Below are positions 51,290 to 60,920 of a DNA stretch of 64,000 nt, piece after piece. Numbering within the stretch: position 1 is the stretch's first letter; every line of letters begins with the position of its first letter. The stretch lies in NCBI GenBank assembly GCA_963785235.1, contig CAWAUM010000001.1:64001-128000 (forward strand), given 5' to 3'. The notes beneath the pieces were generated by a model. That model searched no databases, was not told the origin of the DNA, and saw only the letters and a list, made by a program, of their open reading frames with translations. The stretch comes from an uncultured delta proteobacterium (GTDB lineage Bacteria; Desulfobacterota; Desulfomonilia; UBA1062). The translations under genes and the position numbers were made by a program.

Positions 51290-52530
51290 ATCTTCTCCTT
51301 ATTATGGTGTTTATGAAACCAGTGATTTATTCCATGCCCGGTTTTTTTCTTGTTGTCTATACTGTTTGCCATGGCCTCTGCAATTATTTCCACAGGGTCC
51401 ATGGCATTAAGTCCGGTAAAGTGGCCCAGCTGCATGCGGCACGCCCCGCAATCAGCCACTATGGCATCTGCATTTAAAGCCCGGATGGGTATTGAAGCAA
51501 TCTCGCCGAGCTTATGGGCTGTGTCCTGATTACGCTTCTTGAAGCCATAGGTACCTGCCAGGCCGCAGCAGTTGTCATCAAGTACGAAGCATTCAAGTCC
51601 CTCGATCTGCTCGAATATCTTTACTGCGGGGTAGCCGATCCCCAATGCACGCAAATGGCATGGTATGTGGTAGGCAATCTTTTTCTCCAGGCGTCCCAGA
51701 GGTCTCTTTTCCTTATCCCCCTGCAGAAGGGAGAGCATGTACTCATTCACATTATATGTGTTCTCTGCAATCTTTTTCCCCCCCGGTGCCTCCAGTATAC
51801 CGGGATAGTCCTGGATAAGGGTAAGCCCGCAGGAGGTGCAGGCATACACTACGTCGAACCCCTTGTTGATGAATGAGGTCAATACCGAGGCGTTTTTCAG
51901 GGCATATTTCCTTGCCATGTCCAAATCGCCGTTTCCCAAAGCCGGCAGCCCGCAGCAGGTTTGCCGCGGCATGACCACCCGACAGCCCATGGATACCAGC
52001 ATGTCCCTGATCTTCCAGCCGATGTCGGGCCTGTTGAAGTTCAAGTGGCACCCATAAAAGAAGGCCACCTTTCTCCCTTTACCCTTTCTCCTCCTGCCCC
52101 TTTCCATATTGAAGAACCGGAATTCCGGGAGGTCAGGCTCGCGGGATATCCCCAGGAGGCTCAGAACTGCCTTTGCCGCATTGAATGAAGCAGCCTTGTT
52201 GGCAATCGGGGCAAAGGTCGAGCCCAAGGCGTTCAGGTGATATGCATTGGCGAACAGATGGGCGGTAAAGGGGCTTAAATGTTCTATTCCATACTTGAGC
52301 TGGGCCTTCAGGATTATTTCTGCTACGTCTACGCCATAGGGACAGGCGACTTGGCACCTTCGGCACTGGCTGCAGTACTTGACCCACTGGTCCACGGACT
52401 TCTCGCCGTCGAGGCGAAAACGCTGGGCATCGGGGCCCGACTGTTTGGGCCCCGGGAAGCGCGGCTCCACCTTATAGACCGGGCAGTTTTCCACGCAGAT
52501 GGTGCAGCGTACGCAATGCTCGAAGGTCAT
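51286..52530 (-). CDS. glpC: Anaerobic glycerol-3-phosphate dehydrogenase subunit C
   Basis: Two 4Fe-4S motifs (CVRCTICVENCP, CSQCRRCQVACP), FPGPKQSGPD, two CCG domains. Confidence 0.92.
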   Translation of the reverse strand: MTFEHCVRCTICVENCPVYKVEPRFPGPKQSGPDAQRFRLDGEKSVDQWVKYCSQCRRCQVACPYGVDVAEIILKAQLKYGIEHLSPFTAHLFANAYHLNALGSTFAPIANKAASFNAAKAVLSLLGISREPDLPEFRFFNMERGRRRKGKGRKVAFFYGCHLNFNRPDIGWKIRDMLVSMGCRVVMPRQTCCGLPALGNGDLDMARKYALKNASVLTSFINKGFDVVYACTSCGLTLIQDYPGILEAPGGKKIAENTYNVNEYMLSLLQGDKEKRPLGRLEKKIAYHIPCHLRALGIGYPAVKIFEQIEGLECFVLDDNCCGLAGTYGFKKRNQDTAHKLGEIASIPIRALNADAIVADCGACRMQLGHFTGLNAMDPVEIIAEAMANSIDNKKKTGHGINHWFHKHHNKEKI

Positions 52531-53723
52531 GTGATCAACCTCTCACACATCTTGGCGGCCTTCAGGCCTGTGGCCAGTGCAAGGCCGTGGCCGCAGTGGT
52601 TCTTCATGACCTCGCTTCGGGCAAGGATGCTTCCGCATACGAAGAGATTCTCCAGGCCAGCGAGTTTCGGCCTGAGGGATGAATCCACCTCGATCCCGGC
52701 CTCTTCGATGGGATGCCCGGCAGTGAAAAAGTCGTTCCAGAACCAGTCTTTCCTGGCCCCTGGTACATGCACGGGGATGCCGAACACGGCCTCGTAAACC
52801 GAATCCCTTGTGGCAAAAAGACCCCCGCTCACGAAGGAGCCTGTTGCCAGGATAAAGGCCTTGCCCTGCACACGCGTAGCCCTGGCCGGGGTGGCCAGGG
52901 TCACGGCCTCTATGATACGGCCATGTCGCTCCACGCTGCTTATGGGCATACCCCAGAAGACATCTCCGCCAAGGTCCTGGAGAGCGGCCTTAAGCCCCCG
53001 GAAAAGCCTCAGGCCGGGGATGGACGGCGGTAGGGTGGGGATTTCGAACACCTCCCTGCCGATGCGTGAGGAGATCTCCTCCATGATGGCTACAGGATTA
53101 TTGACCCCCAGAACCGCCGGCAAGGCCACCTTGCCAGGCGGCAGCTCGAGGCCTGCGATCCATGTGGCAAAGTCCGCGGCAAAGCCCTTTTCTTCGAACC
53201 GGGCGGCAATGGCAAGGGTTGAGGGCACGCCGGCATCGTAGAGGGAAAACCCGGTGTTGGTCAGCTTGGATGTGATATAGGAAGGGTAAAAGTCTTTGAT
53301 CCCTTTAAAGGATATCACATGCACGTATTCATCCCTGCACCCAGAGGATGCCGCCATGGTTTGGGGAACCAGGCACGTGGTCTTGAACGTGCCTATGGGC
53401 GTAAGGATCTCCCGGTTCTTTCTGATACTGCCCACATAGGGGATGGGGCTCTTCGACATGATCTCCTTGAATAACTTGCAGGCCTCCTCAACACCCTTCT
53501 TGCCCACGAGATGGTAGGGGTGCATCTCGGGCAGATCACCGAAACCATCCAGCGGGTGAGGGGCGGTGGAAAGTACGTCGATGCAGCCTGTGGAAAGGCA
53601 GCACACCGGGTCCCCCCGGGAGATGAGCGCTGTCCTGAATCCCTTGCCTGCAAGGTAGATGGACGCCATGAGCCCGGATATACCGCCTCCGATGACTACC
53701 ACATCGTGCATAAGCGTATTCAC
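52527..53723 (-). CDS. glpB: Anaerobic glycerol-3-phosphate dehydrogenase subunit B
   Basis: GGGISG, STGCID, HPY, EIPTLPPSIPG.R, LATGSF..GGL. Confidence 0.92.
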   Translation of the reverse strand: MNTLMHDVVVIGGGISGLMASIYLAGKGFRTALISRGDPVCCLSTGCIDVLSTAPHPLDGFGDLPEMHPYHLVGKKGVEEACKLFKEIMSKSPIPYVGSIRKNREILTPIGTFKTTCLVPQTMAASSGCRDEYVHVISFKGIKDFYPSYITSKLTNTGFSLYDAGVPSTLAIAARFEEKGFAADFATWIAGLELPPGKVALPAVLGVNNPVAIMEEISSRIGREVFEIPTLPPSIPGLRLFRGLKAALQDLGGDVFWGMPISSVERHGRIIEAVTLATPARATRVQGKAFILATGSFVSGGLFATRDSVYEAVFGIPVHVPGARKDWFWNDFFTAGHPIEEAGIEVDSSLRPKLAGLENLFVCGSILARSEVMKNHCGHGLALATGLKAAKMCERLIT

Positions 53724-55226
53724 TTAAGCGTTCTCCATGTTGAGTATGCCAAGGTAGATATACTCGATCAGCTGCTCTTCCCGGAGCTGGTCGCCCCACA
53801 GCGCAGGCCTGATCCCCTTGAACCGCCTCTGAAGAAATTCGGTCAGGATCTTGATCGACAACTCGGGGCTTACCTTGCCGAGCTCCTGCATGATGCCGAG
53901 CGCACGATAAGTGCAGAAGCCCCCCTGGCAGGGACCCATTCCCAACCGGGTCCGGTGCTGTATATCTCCCACATAATGGGTACCCATGGTGTTGATGGCG
54001 TGCTCAACAATGCGCCGTGGCACAAGCTCGCACTCGCACACAATGTCGTCCATGCTGGAGAGTCTCTTTGAAAGCGGATAGCCGCTGAGCTCATCCTGGC
54101 CCTCCAGAGGCAGATCTGCGGTCCTGCAGGTCGCCCTCATGGCGAATTTTTCCATAATGACATCCACCATCTTCTCTGCCATGAGGCGGTAGGTGGTCAG
54201 CTTGCCGCCCAGGATGCTGTACATGCCGTTTTCATGGTCGATGATCTTGAAGCCGCGTGAGATGGACCTGCCGTCGGTGCCGGAAGCCTTGAGCAGCGGC
54301 CTTACCCCGGTGTAGGCCCGGATCAGCCTGGTCGTCCCGAAACTGGGGATCATCTTCTCGGCCTCATTGGCCACGACATCCACCTCTGAGGGGTCAATCT
54401 CCAGCACATCCGGATTTTGGACGGTGATGGATGTGGTACCTGCAAGGCACACCGCCTCGTTTGGTACGATTATGTCACCGTCCGAAGGCACCCGGAGCCT
54501 GTTTATAACCATATTGGTGAGACGGTGGTTCGAGATGATAAGGCTGCCCTTGGACAGGGTCATGGGGACTTCAGAACCGCCTAGGCGGGCCAGTTTGTCG
54601 CCCCATGCGCCGGTGGCATTGATAATGATGCGCGCTCTGATCTCCTTGATCTGTGCGGTAAGGCGTTCTCTGGCCTTCACCCCTACGCATATGCCCTTTT
54701 CCTTGATGATCTCGATGACCTCATGGTGGGTCAGGATGTCGCCGCCCCTGTGCCTGGATGTGTAGGCGTTCAGCATGCAGAGCCTGAAGGGGTCGATGGA
54801 GCAGTCGGGCACCATAATGGCCTCTTCCATGGCCGTGTTCAGGTTCGGCACCAGGTCGAGGGCCTTGCTCGGGGAGAGAACGGTGGTTTCAATCCCTACC
54901 TCTTCGCAGCCCTTCAGGAACCGGTCCCTATAGCGCTTGGAGTCGCCGGGCAGGCGGACGAACAGGCCACCGGTTTTCTCCACGCACTTCTGGGCGATTT
55001 TTCTGAGGATCGTGTTTTCGGTAATGCATTCGTGTGCCGCTTCAGGGTCGTTCACCACATAGCGGCCCCCGCTGTGGAGCAGGCCGTGGCATGCCCCGGT
55101 GGCACCCGAGGCGAAGTCGCCCTTTTCCACCAGGCAGTGGTGCACCCCACGCAGCGCCAAGTCCCGGGCTATCCCGCATCCGGTGGCGCCACCCCCGATA
55201 ATGATCACGTCGGTCTTGATGGACAA
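53724..55226 (-). CDS. glpA: Anaerobic glycerol-3-phosphate dehydrogenase subunit A
   Basis: GGGATG, HGLLHSGGRY, GGKLTTYRLMAE, CECE and RTRLGMGPCQG..C. Confidence 0.95.
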   Translation of the reverse strand: MSIKTDVIIIGGGATGCGIARDLALRGVHHCLVEKGDFASGATGACHGLLHSGGRYVVNDPEAAHECITENTILRKIAQKCVEKTGGLFVRLPGDSKRYRDRFLKGCEEVGIETTVLSPSKALDLVPNLNTAMEEAIMVPDCSIDPFRLCMLNAYTSRHRGGDILTHHEVIEIIKEKGICVGVKARERLTAQIKEIRARIIINATGAWGDKLARLGGSEVPMTLSKGSLIISNHRLTNMVINRLRVPSDGDIIVPNEAVCLAGTTSITVQNPDVLEIDPSEVDVVANEAEKMIPSFGTTRLIRAYTGVRPLLKASGTDGRSISRGFKIIDHENGMYSILGGKLTTYRLMAEKMVDVIMEKFAMRATCRTADLPLEGQDELSGYPLSKRLSSMDDIVCECELVPRRIVEHAINTMGTHYVGDIQHRTRLGMGPCQGGFCTYRALGIMQELGKVSPELSIKILTEFLQRRFKGIRPALWGDQLREEQLIEYIYLGILNMENA

Positions 55227-55348
55227 GGTGATCCTTTTACCCCATGATTTTCTTCCGTACCTTATACATGGTGTGTCAGGCAGGTCAAGAGCGGGGAAGG
55301 GATGGTATGTGAACCTGCCACCACGGTTCTTGACTCGGAATTTGCTTT

Positions 55349-55520
55349 TAATTCGGATTTTGCGTTTGAGATGCGTAAAAACCTGATCCGTTAAAAACCA
55401 CCATCTCGCAGCCTTTGCGGAACGCTGAATATCTCGGTCCCGGGGGCTGCGAGATGATGGTTTTTAACGGACCTATTTTAAAAAACAAATCCAGCGCAAT
55501 ATGAGTTTTTACTCTTAAGA
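55349..55520 (+). repeat. MITE-like repeat copy D (spacer orientation 1)
   Basis: Left TIR attcggattttg; arms 55387-55413 and 55445-55471 (26/27 paired); 31-nt spacer. Confidence 0.85.
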
Positions 55521-55562
55521 CAATGCATAGGGTAGTTATAGACTCTTTCACTCTGGGATTGG

Positions 55563-56762
55563 TCAGCCCTCCACAATATCAACCAGTTCTGATGTTATAC
55601 CCGGCAATGCCGAACTCGCCCGGGACCAGCTTGGGATGAAGTGGACTACCAGGGGATCTTCCATGAATTCCATGATAGCAATGTGAAGGCCCTTGGTGAA
55701 GGTCTCTACCGCGATTTCCTCGGAATGCCTGTCAAAGAGCAGGCCATTGATGGCTGCATCGTCTTCGTAGTATCTTATCATGTCCTGGGCGATAAGCTGA
55801 TAGGCCACCGTCAATGATCTGAACGTTGCTTCGCTGAAAGAGGAGCCCTCTGCCGCAAGTGCATGGAACAAGGTGCAGGCGATGTCGATACACATCTTAT
55901 GGAGCCCCTTGCTGGCGTCTTTATCCGATAATTCCAGATGGACGTGCTCATATTCGATAGAGAGGTCCACCTGGCAGATGCGTCTTGGTGCGCAGTTGCG
56001 GTAAACCTCTTCCAGCATGCCTATCTCCAGGCCCCAGGAGGCCGGCACTCTGCTTACGCGCATTAGGTCGGCGTGGCCGGCAAACTCGCCGGATATGGGG
56101 TAGCGGAACGAGTCCAGATATTCCAGGTATGGCAGCATCCCCAAAGTGGTTTTCAGCGCCCTGATGAGCGGGATTACGAACAACCGCATGACCCTGCCAT
56201 GGAGACGGTTGGTCGCACGGGCATAGTAGCCTTTTGCAAACTCATACTCCATGCTCGGGTGCACAAGCGGATAGATGAGCCGGACCAGGAGCGAGCGTTC
56301 GTAAGTGAGGATATCGGAATCGTGCACGGCAATCACCTCTGTGTCGTGGCGGGCAAGGAGGTAGCCGATTGCCATCCAGAGGCTCCTTCCCTTGCCGCTT
56401 GCCGTATCCACCAGGCCTTCGGTCCTCAGGCGCGAATAGAAGGACTCCATGGAAGGCGAGTTATTCCAGATGATCACGGTTTCCTGTGGCAGGTCCGAGA
56501 AGAATGCCTTTGTCCTGGCAAAGCCATCTTTTTTTGCACCGTCCAAGGTCACCACAATACGCTTCACATAATCTGCGCCTTTCAAGTGCTCTACGATTCC
56601 GGACAATGCAGTGCCTGTGATCTCGGAATACTGGCAGGGCAGGATCAGCGAGACAGGCTTAAAGCGGACATACTGCCGAAGCTCGTCTTCCAAACGTTCG
56701 AGTTTTACCGAGCTGATCTGGTGGAGCGTACCGATACGACCGCATTGAAAGAAATCACTCAT
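55563..56762 (-). CDS. Glucosyl-3-phosphoglycerate synthase-like glycosyltransferase
   Basis: MSDFFQ.G.I.TLH, GKGR..W, HD.DI, KGYYAR, GRV.RL, FRYP.SGEF, WGLEIG. Confidence 0.82.
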   Translation of the reverse strand: MSDFFQCGRIGTLHQISSVKLERLEDELRQYVRFKPVSLILPCQYSEITGTALSGIVEHLKGADYVKRIVVTLDGAKKDGFARTKAFFSDLPQETVIIWNNSPSMESFYSRLRTEGLVDTASGKGRSLWMAIGYLLARHDTEVIAVHDSDILTYERSLLVRLIYPLVHPSMEYEFAKGYYARATNRLHGRVMRLFVIPLIRALKTTLGMLPYLEYLDSFRYPISGEFAGHADLMRVSRVPASWGLEIGMLEEVYRNCAPRRICQVDLSIEYEHVHLELSDKDASKGLHKMCIDIACTLFHALAAEGSSFSEATFRSLTVAYQLIAQDMIRYYEDDAAINGLLFDRHSEEIAVETFTKGLHIAIMEFMEDPLVVHFIPSWSRASSALPGITSELVDIVEG

Positions 56763-57039
56763 ACACTACCTCATTTATCAATCAAATACATCTAGCAGCG
56801 GCTTTTTTGGATGCTGTGGATAATAATACGCTTTGAATGATAATGATGTCTAGATGATAGGAGAGAGCTGTTTTAAAATCATGATTACTACCTATTCATG
56901 GTTCATAAATAGTAACCTCTGTGCCGAAAGAAAGGGAAGGGTTGAACATGCAAGGGCATTCAAATTACAATTATGCACGGATAATGTATACCGGTGATAC
57001 CTCTGTGCCCCTGTCTGGCTTCTATGCAGGGATCTCACC

Positions 57040-57768
57040 ATGATCTGTTCAAAATGCGGGCATGAGCAGTCGGATGGATATTTTGAATGCCAAAAGTGTG
57101 GTGTTATTTTCGGAAAGATTCATCCCTATGCTGATAACCAGCAAGGCCATCTTGATGAAGACATCAAGATAGACGCAACTTACCCAACCGGTACATTGAA
57201 CAGTCTTCTCTTTTCTGTAAAGGCAGATCCCGATCCCATCATCCTCGCCATGAAAACCGCCCTTATAGCGGCCATTTTTGCCTGGGGTCTTAAACTCTTT
57301 TTTGTCCCCATTGAAGAGGCCGGCAACAACATTCTCCACTATGTGAACGTACCCTTCCATGAGGCAGGGCATATCTTTTTTGGGCTATTCGGAGAATTCT
57401 TGACCGTGCTCGGCGGGAGCCTGTTCCAGCTCATTATGCCCATGATTTGTGTTGTTGTTCTTCTCCTGAAAACGCGTGATCCCTTTGGTGCATCAGTGGC
57501 GCTGTGGTGGTTTGGTGAGAACTTCATTGACATGGCCCCATACATCAATGATGCCCGCAGCCTGGAGCTCATGCTTCTGGGTGGGGTGACCGGCAAGGAG
57601 AAACCCGGATTCCACGACTGGGAGAATATTCTTGGAACACTGGGTATTCTGCCCTATGACCACATCATCGCAACAGGGGCCATGTGGTTCGGCCTGATCT
57701 GTATGGTGTTAGGCTGCTCCTGGGCAGGTTACCTGCTCTTTAAGGAATTATCCCGAATTTTGCGTTGA
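57040..57768 (+). CDS. Zn-ribbon membrane protein with HExxH motif (M50B-like putative metallopeptidase)
   Basis: CSKC..CQKC; TM helices with FHEAGH, GGSLFQ, YINDAR, HDW. Confidence 0.7.
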   Translation: MICSKCGHEQSDGYFECQKCGVIFGKIHPYADNQQGHLDEDIKIDATYPTGTLNSLLFSVKADPDPIILAMKTALIAAIFAWGLKLFFVPIEEAGNNILHYVNVPFHEAGHIFFGLFGEFLTVLGGSLFQLIMPMICVVVLLLKTRDPFGASVALWWFGENFIDMAPYINDARSLELMLLGGVTGKEKPGFHDWENILGTLGILPYDHIIATGAMWFGLICMVLGCSWAGYLLFKELSRILR

Positions 57769-57800
57769 AGAAGCGTGAAAACTTGTTCCGTTCAAAACAC
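57748..57800 (+). repeat. Left-end fragment of the MITE-like repeat
   Basis: tcccgaattttgcgttgaagaagcgtgaaaacttgttccgttcaaaac matches the left ends of copies B and D; supplies the TGA of the upstream gene. Confidence 0.65.
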
Positions 57801-59122
57801 TATTCAATCGACTTCAAATAGGTTTGTAGATTGACCCGCTTGTTTTTTATTTTCAGCTTATTGCGGATATTATCCCTGTGAAAGTCGACGGTGCTGGTGG
57901 CGATGTTAAGAAGCTCGGCAATTTCTTTTGTTGTTTTTCCCTGTTTGATGAAATTGACCATGTGAATTTCACTGGGCGTCAAATCTAAAAAACCTTGAGG
58001 AACGCCTTTCAGCAGGGGTTTGACAATTTCATTCAGGTTTTTGGCCATACTCTCCACATAGGTTTTCTGTTTGCCGGAAAGCCCGCTGTGTTGCAGTTTG
58101 GCCAGGACCGGCATTACCAGCTCATTGACGTTAAAACGTACAGTTTCTTCAAGCTGAGTTCTCGTTTCAGCTTTTTTTTCCAGGAGGACTTGTAAGGCAA
58201 TATTTGTTTTTTCAAGGGTTTTATTGGTTTGTATGAGGTCTGAGGTTCGTTCCTTCAGGAGAGTATTGAGGCGCTCTTTTATTTCTTTGCGCTCGGTTAT
58301 GTCTCTTGCAAAACCACAAAAGCCCGTGGGTTGCCCGGCTGCATTTTTCAACAGCAACACGGCCAGATCAAGCTGTTTTCGAACTCCTTTCATGTCTTTA
58401 ATTTCGAACTCAAATCCTTTTACAGGATGGTGTGTTCGATACACCCGGTTAAAAACCTCATAAACTGCTTTTGTGTTGGCCTCATCTAAAAAATGTTTGA
58501 AATTTTTACCCATAAGCTCATCTTGGGTATAACCGGTAATAACGGCTGTGGCATCGTTGCAGTAAAGGAGATTGCCGGCGAGGTCGACTTCACAATAGGC
58601 CTCGTTGATATTGTCTATAATATGACGATATTTTTCTTCGCTCTGGCGTAACTTTATTTCCGCCTCCTTGCGCATGGTGCAATCCCGAGCCACGCCCACG
58701 ATGCCGATGGCCTTTTCCTTATCGTTCCGGTAGAAACAGGCTGAGGCTTCCAACCATATCAGGTGCCTGTCTTTATGATAGACCTGAAAATCGAGCGTTC
58801 TCGGATTGGATTGATTGTTTTTTTCTTTCTCGTATTCCTGAACAAAAACGTTTTGGATGCTTGTTAATCCTTCAGGTGTTACAAACCAATCCAAGCGGGC
58901 GCCGATAGACTCTTCAGCTGTATATCCAGTGACACGTTCCGCAGACGGGCTCACATATTCCAGTCGGAATGTTTTGAGATCCAATGCCCAGATAATATCG
59001 GTTATACGATTTGCCAGCAGACGATAATTCCTGTCATTTTCCAGCAACAGTTTTTTGGCATTTTTTCTGTTTGATGAGTTTTTTCTTCGGCTGGCATGAT
59101 TCGTAGATGATAACATGAACAC
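57800..59122 (-). CDS. PAS-PAS LuxR-type transcriptional regulator
   Basis: Two PAS/PAC domains (RDCT, RDITERK), coiled coil, LTPSE..GKTTKEIA.LL.I...TV.FHR.NIR.KL. Confidence 0.9.
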   Translation of the reverse strand: MFMLSSTNHASRRKNSSNRKNAKKLLLENDRNYRLLANRITDIIWALDLKTFRLEYVSPSAERVTGYTAEESIGARLDWFVTPEGLTSIQNVFVQEYEKEKNNQSNPRTLDFQVYHKDRHLIWLEASACFYRNDKEKAIGIVGVARDCTMRKEAEIKLRQSEEKYRHIIDNINEAYCEVDLAGNLLYCNDATAVITGYTQDELMGKNFKHFLDEANTKAVYEVFNRVYRTHHPVKGFEFEIKDMKGVRKQLDLAVLLLKNAAGQPTGFCGFARDITERKEIKERLNTLLKERTSDLIQTNKTLEKTNIALQVLLEKKAETRTQLEETVRFNVNELVMPVLAKLQHSGLSGKQKTYVESMAKNLNEIVKPLLKGVPQGFLDLTPSEIHMVNFIKQGKTTKEIAELLNIATSTVDFHRDNIRNKLKIKNKRVNLQTYLKSIE

Positions 59123-59148
59123 TCCTTATTAAAGCTAATGCCTGTTGC

Positions 59149-59167
59149 TATGGGGGAATACCCCATA
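59149..59167. promoter_or_regulatory. Inverted-repeat operator candidate
   Basis: tatgggg-gaata-ccccata in the AT-rich divergent intergenic region next to the LuxR-type regulator. Confidence 0.45.
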
Positions 59168-59338
59168 TTATGCCCCAATTTATATCATGTTGTCATTCAA
59201 ATTTATTATCATATAATAGTAACATAGACAATTATTAATATATGACTTGCAATGATTTTGTAATACATTTTGATGAGTTACATAACAAGCGGCACAACTG
59301 TCATATCAGTTAAGACATACCAATAAAGGGGAGGTATC

Positions 59339-60031
59339 ATGAAACTAATCAGGATTTTATTAGCGATCGGCATGTTAGCAGGAATGACCCTGGCCACGAT
59401 TGGATGCTCATCATTTGATTTTCATAATCCAACGGCAACCGAACAGAATGTCCAGATCGTAGGTGATTCGGTTTTTGATCTGTCGGGTGAAATCCAGACA
59501 AAGCTGAAGACCTTATCCGGCAAAATGTACAAAGACAGATCGGTGAGCGGCGCTAAGATCGCAGCGATCCAGAGCCAGTTAAACACGGCACTCGGCAGGA
59601 CCACACTGCATACGGTCATTGCCGACGGCGGTGCCAATGATATCCTTCAGGGGAGCGCTGACTGCGATTCGGATCCGTTGACCCAGGGCTGTATCGATGT
59701 CCTCGATTATCTCGGCGATAAAATGGATGCCATGTTATATTCCATGTACACCAAGTCGCCCGACTACTGTGTGTGGCTCGGCTATTATCACGTGAAAGGC
59801 TCTGAGATTGAAAAGAACGAAGCCATCGATTTTGCCTATTCCGATATTTATCCGGGTATTTTCTCACCATACGCACCCGGAAGCGGTGTGATATACGTCT
59901 ACGTAGACCCGAGATCCATCATCGTGCCGGCGGATATCAAATCGGATGATATCCATCCAACGTCTAGTGGGTCACAAAAATTGGCCAACCTGATCTGGAA
60001 TACGATGGTTGCGCAGAATATGTATCGCTAA
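59339..60031 (+). CDS. SGNH/GDSL hydrolase lipoprotein
   Basis: Lipobox TIGC; blocks VGDS, SG, GGAND, DDIHP. Confidence 0.85.
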   Translation: MKLIRILLAIGMLAGMTLATIGCSSFDFHNPTATEQNVQIVGDSVFDLSGEIQTKLKTLSGKMYKDRSVSGAKIAAIQSQLNTALGRTTLHTVIADGGANDILQGSADCDSDPLTQGCIDVLDYLGDKMDAMLYSMYTKSPDYCVWLGYYHVKGSEIEKNEAIDFAYSDIYPGIFSPYAPGSGVIYVYVDPRSIIVPADIKSDDIHPTSSGSQKLANLIWNTMVAQNMYR

Positions 60032-60263
60032 ACTGATGAACCGCCTGTCCTGAAGGTGATGCCGCCGCTCACATGCGGCGGCCGCCTTCTCGCTGCCTAT
60101 GGGCGCTCAAGATCAGTTATGTGGTCAGTGCCGTTTACACTATTTGACAGGTACCAAAGATTATTTTACGCTGATTTTCGACGATGTTGGATCGTGGTGG
60201 GCATGTTGATGGCGCTCACAGCGGTTGGAATGTAAGCTTGACGGCAACAAGATGAGAAGTGCA

Positions 60264-60914
60264 ATGAATAAAAATATCGTAAAATATATTATCATCGGTG
60301 TTCTGCTGTTCGCCTGCGGCTGGTATTTCTTTTACGACAAACCCGTTCCCGAAACCAAAGATATACCTGATCCTTCATCTGCACAAAAGCAGACAAATCT
60401 ACCCCCAACAAAGCTCAACCAGTTTACGCATAGAACTGAAACGGCCTCGGAAGAGAACCAGGCTGAAGCTGTCATCTACCATCCGAAAGACATTCAAGAG
60501 ATCAAAAAACAGATTTACAGCCTCAATATTGAATCTGTGGAAGATATCCCTCTGCTCGACAAGGTTGTCCAGACCGGTGATGCACCCACAAGAGATTTCT
60601 GGCAGGGCAACTGGATGAGCGTGGATGACAACAAACAGGATCTCAACGGCTTTTACCTGAGACCCCAGGAAGACGGCACCTTCGTTTTCTTCCCGGACGA
60701 AAAGACCACCCGGACCTATACCTTTTTCGAAACACCTAAAACCTATACTTACGACCCGGTGAAAAAGGAATTCTATTGGGAAATAAATTATTACGGCAAG
60801 ACCATCTCCCACAGAGCCAGATTCATCAATGACAATGTCCTGGCCATGATGTTGATCAGCGGCAACAAGGTGACACTGGATCTCTATGAAAGGGGACCGG
60901 CGGATAACAAGTGA
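60264..60914 (+). CDS. Hypothetical membrane-anchored exported protein
   Basis: N-terminal hydrophobic helix, Pro/Gln linker, aromatic beta-rich C-terminal domain. Confidence 0.6.
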   Translation: MNKNIVKYIIIGVLLFACGWYFFYDKPVPETKDIPDPSSAQKQTNLPPTKLNQFTHRTETASEENQAEAVIYHPKDIQEIKKQIYSLNIESVEDIPLLDKVVQTGDAPTRDFWQGNWMSVDDNKQDLNGFYLRPQEDGTFVFFPDEKTTRTYTFFETPKTYTYDPVKKEFYWEINYYGKTISHRARFINDNVLAMMLISGNKVTLDLYERGPADNK

Positions 60915-60920
60915 TGTATA

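Noticed and set aside
60061-60085. gccgc...gcggc hairpin after the SGNH gene as a second attC
   Set aside because: Lacks AAC/GTT core sites and extrahelical bases; probably a simple 3' hairpin
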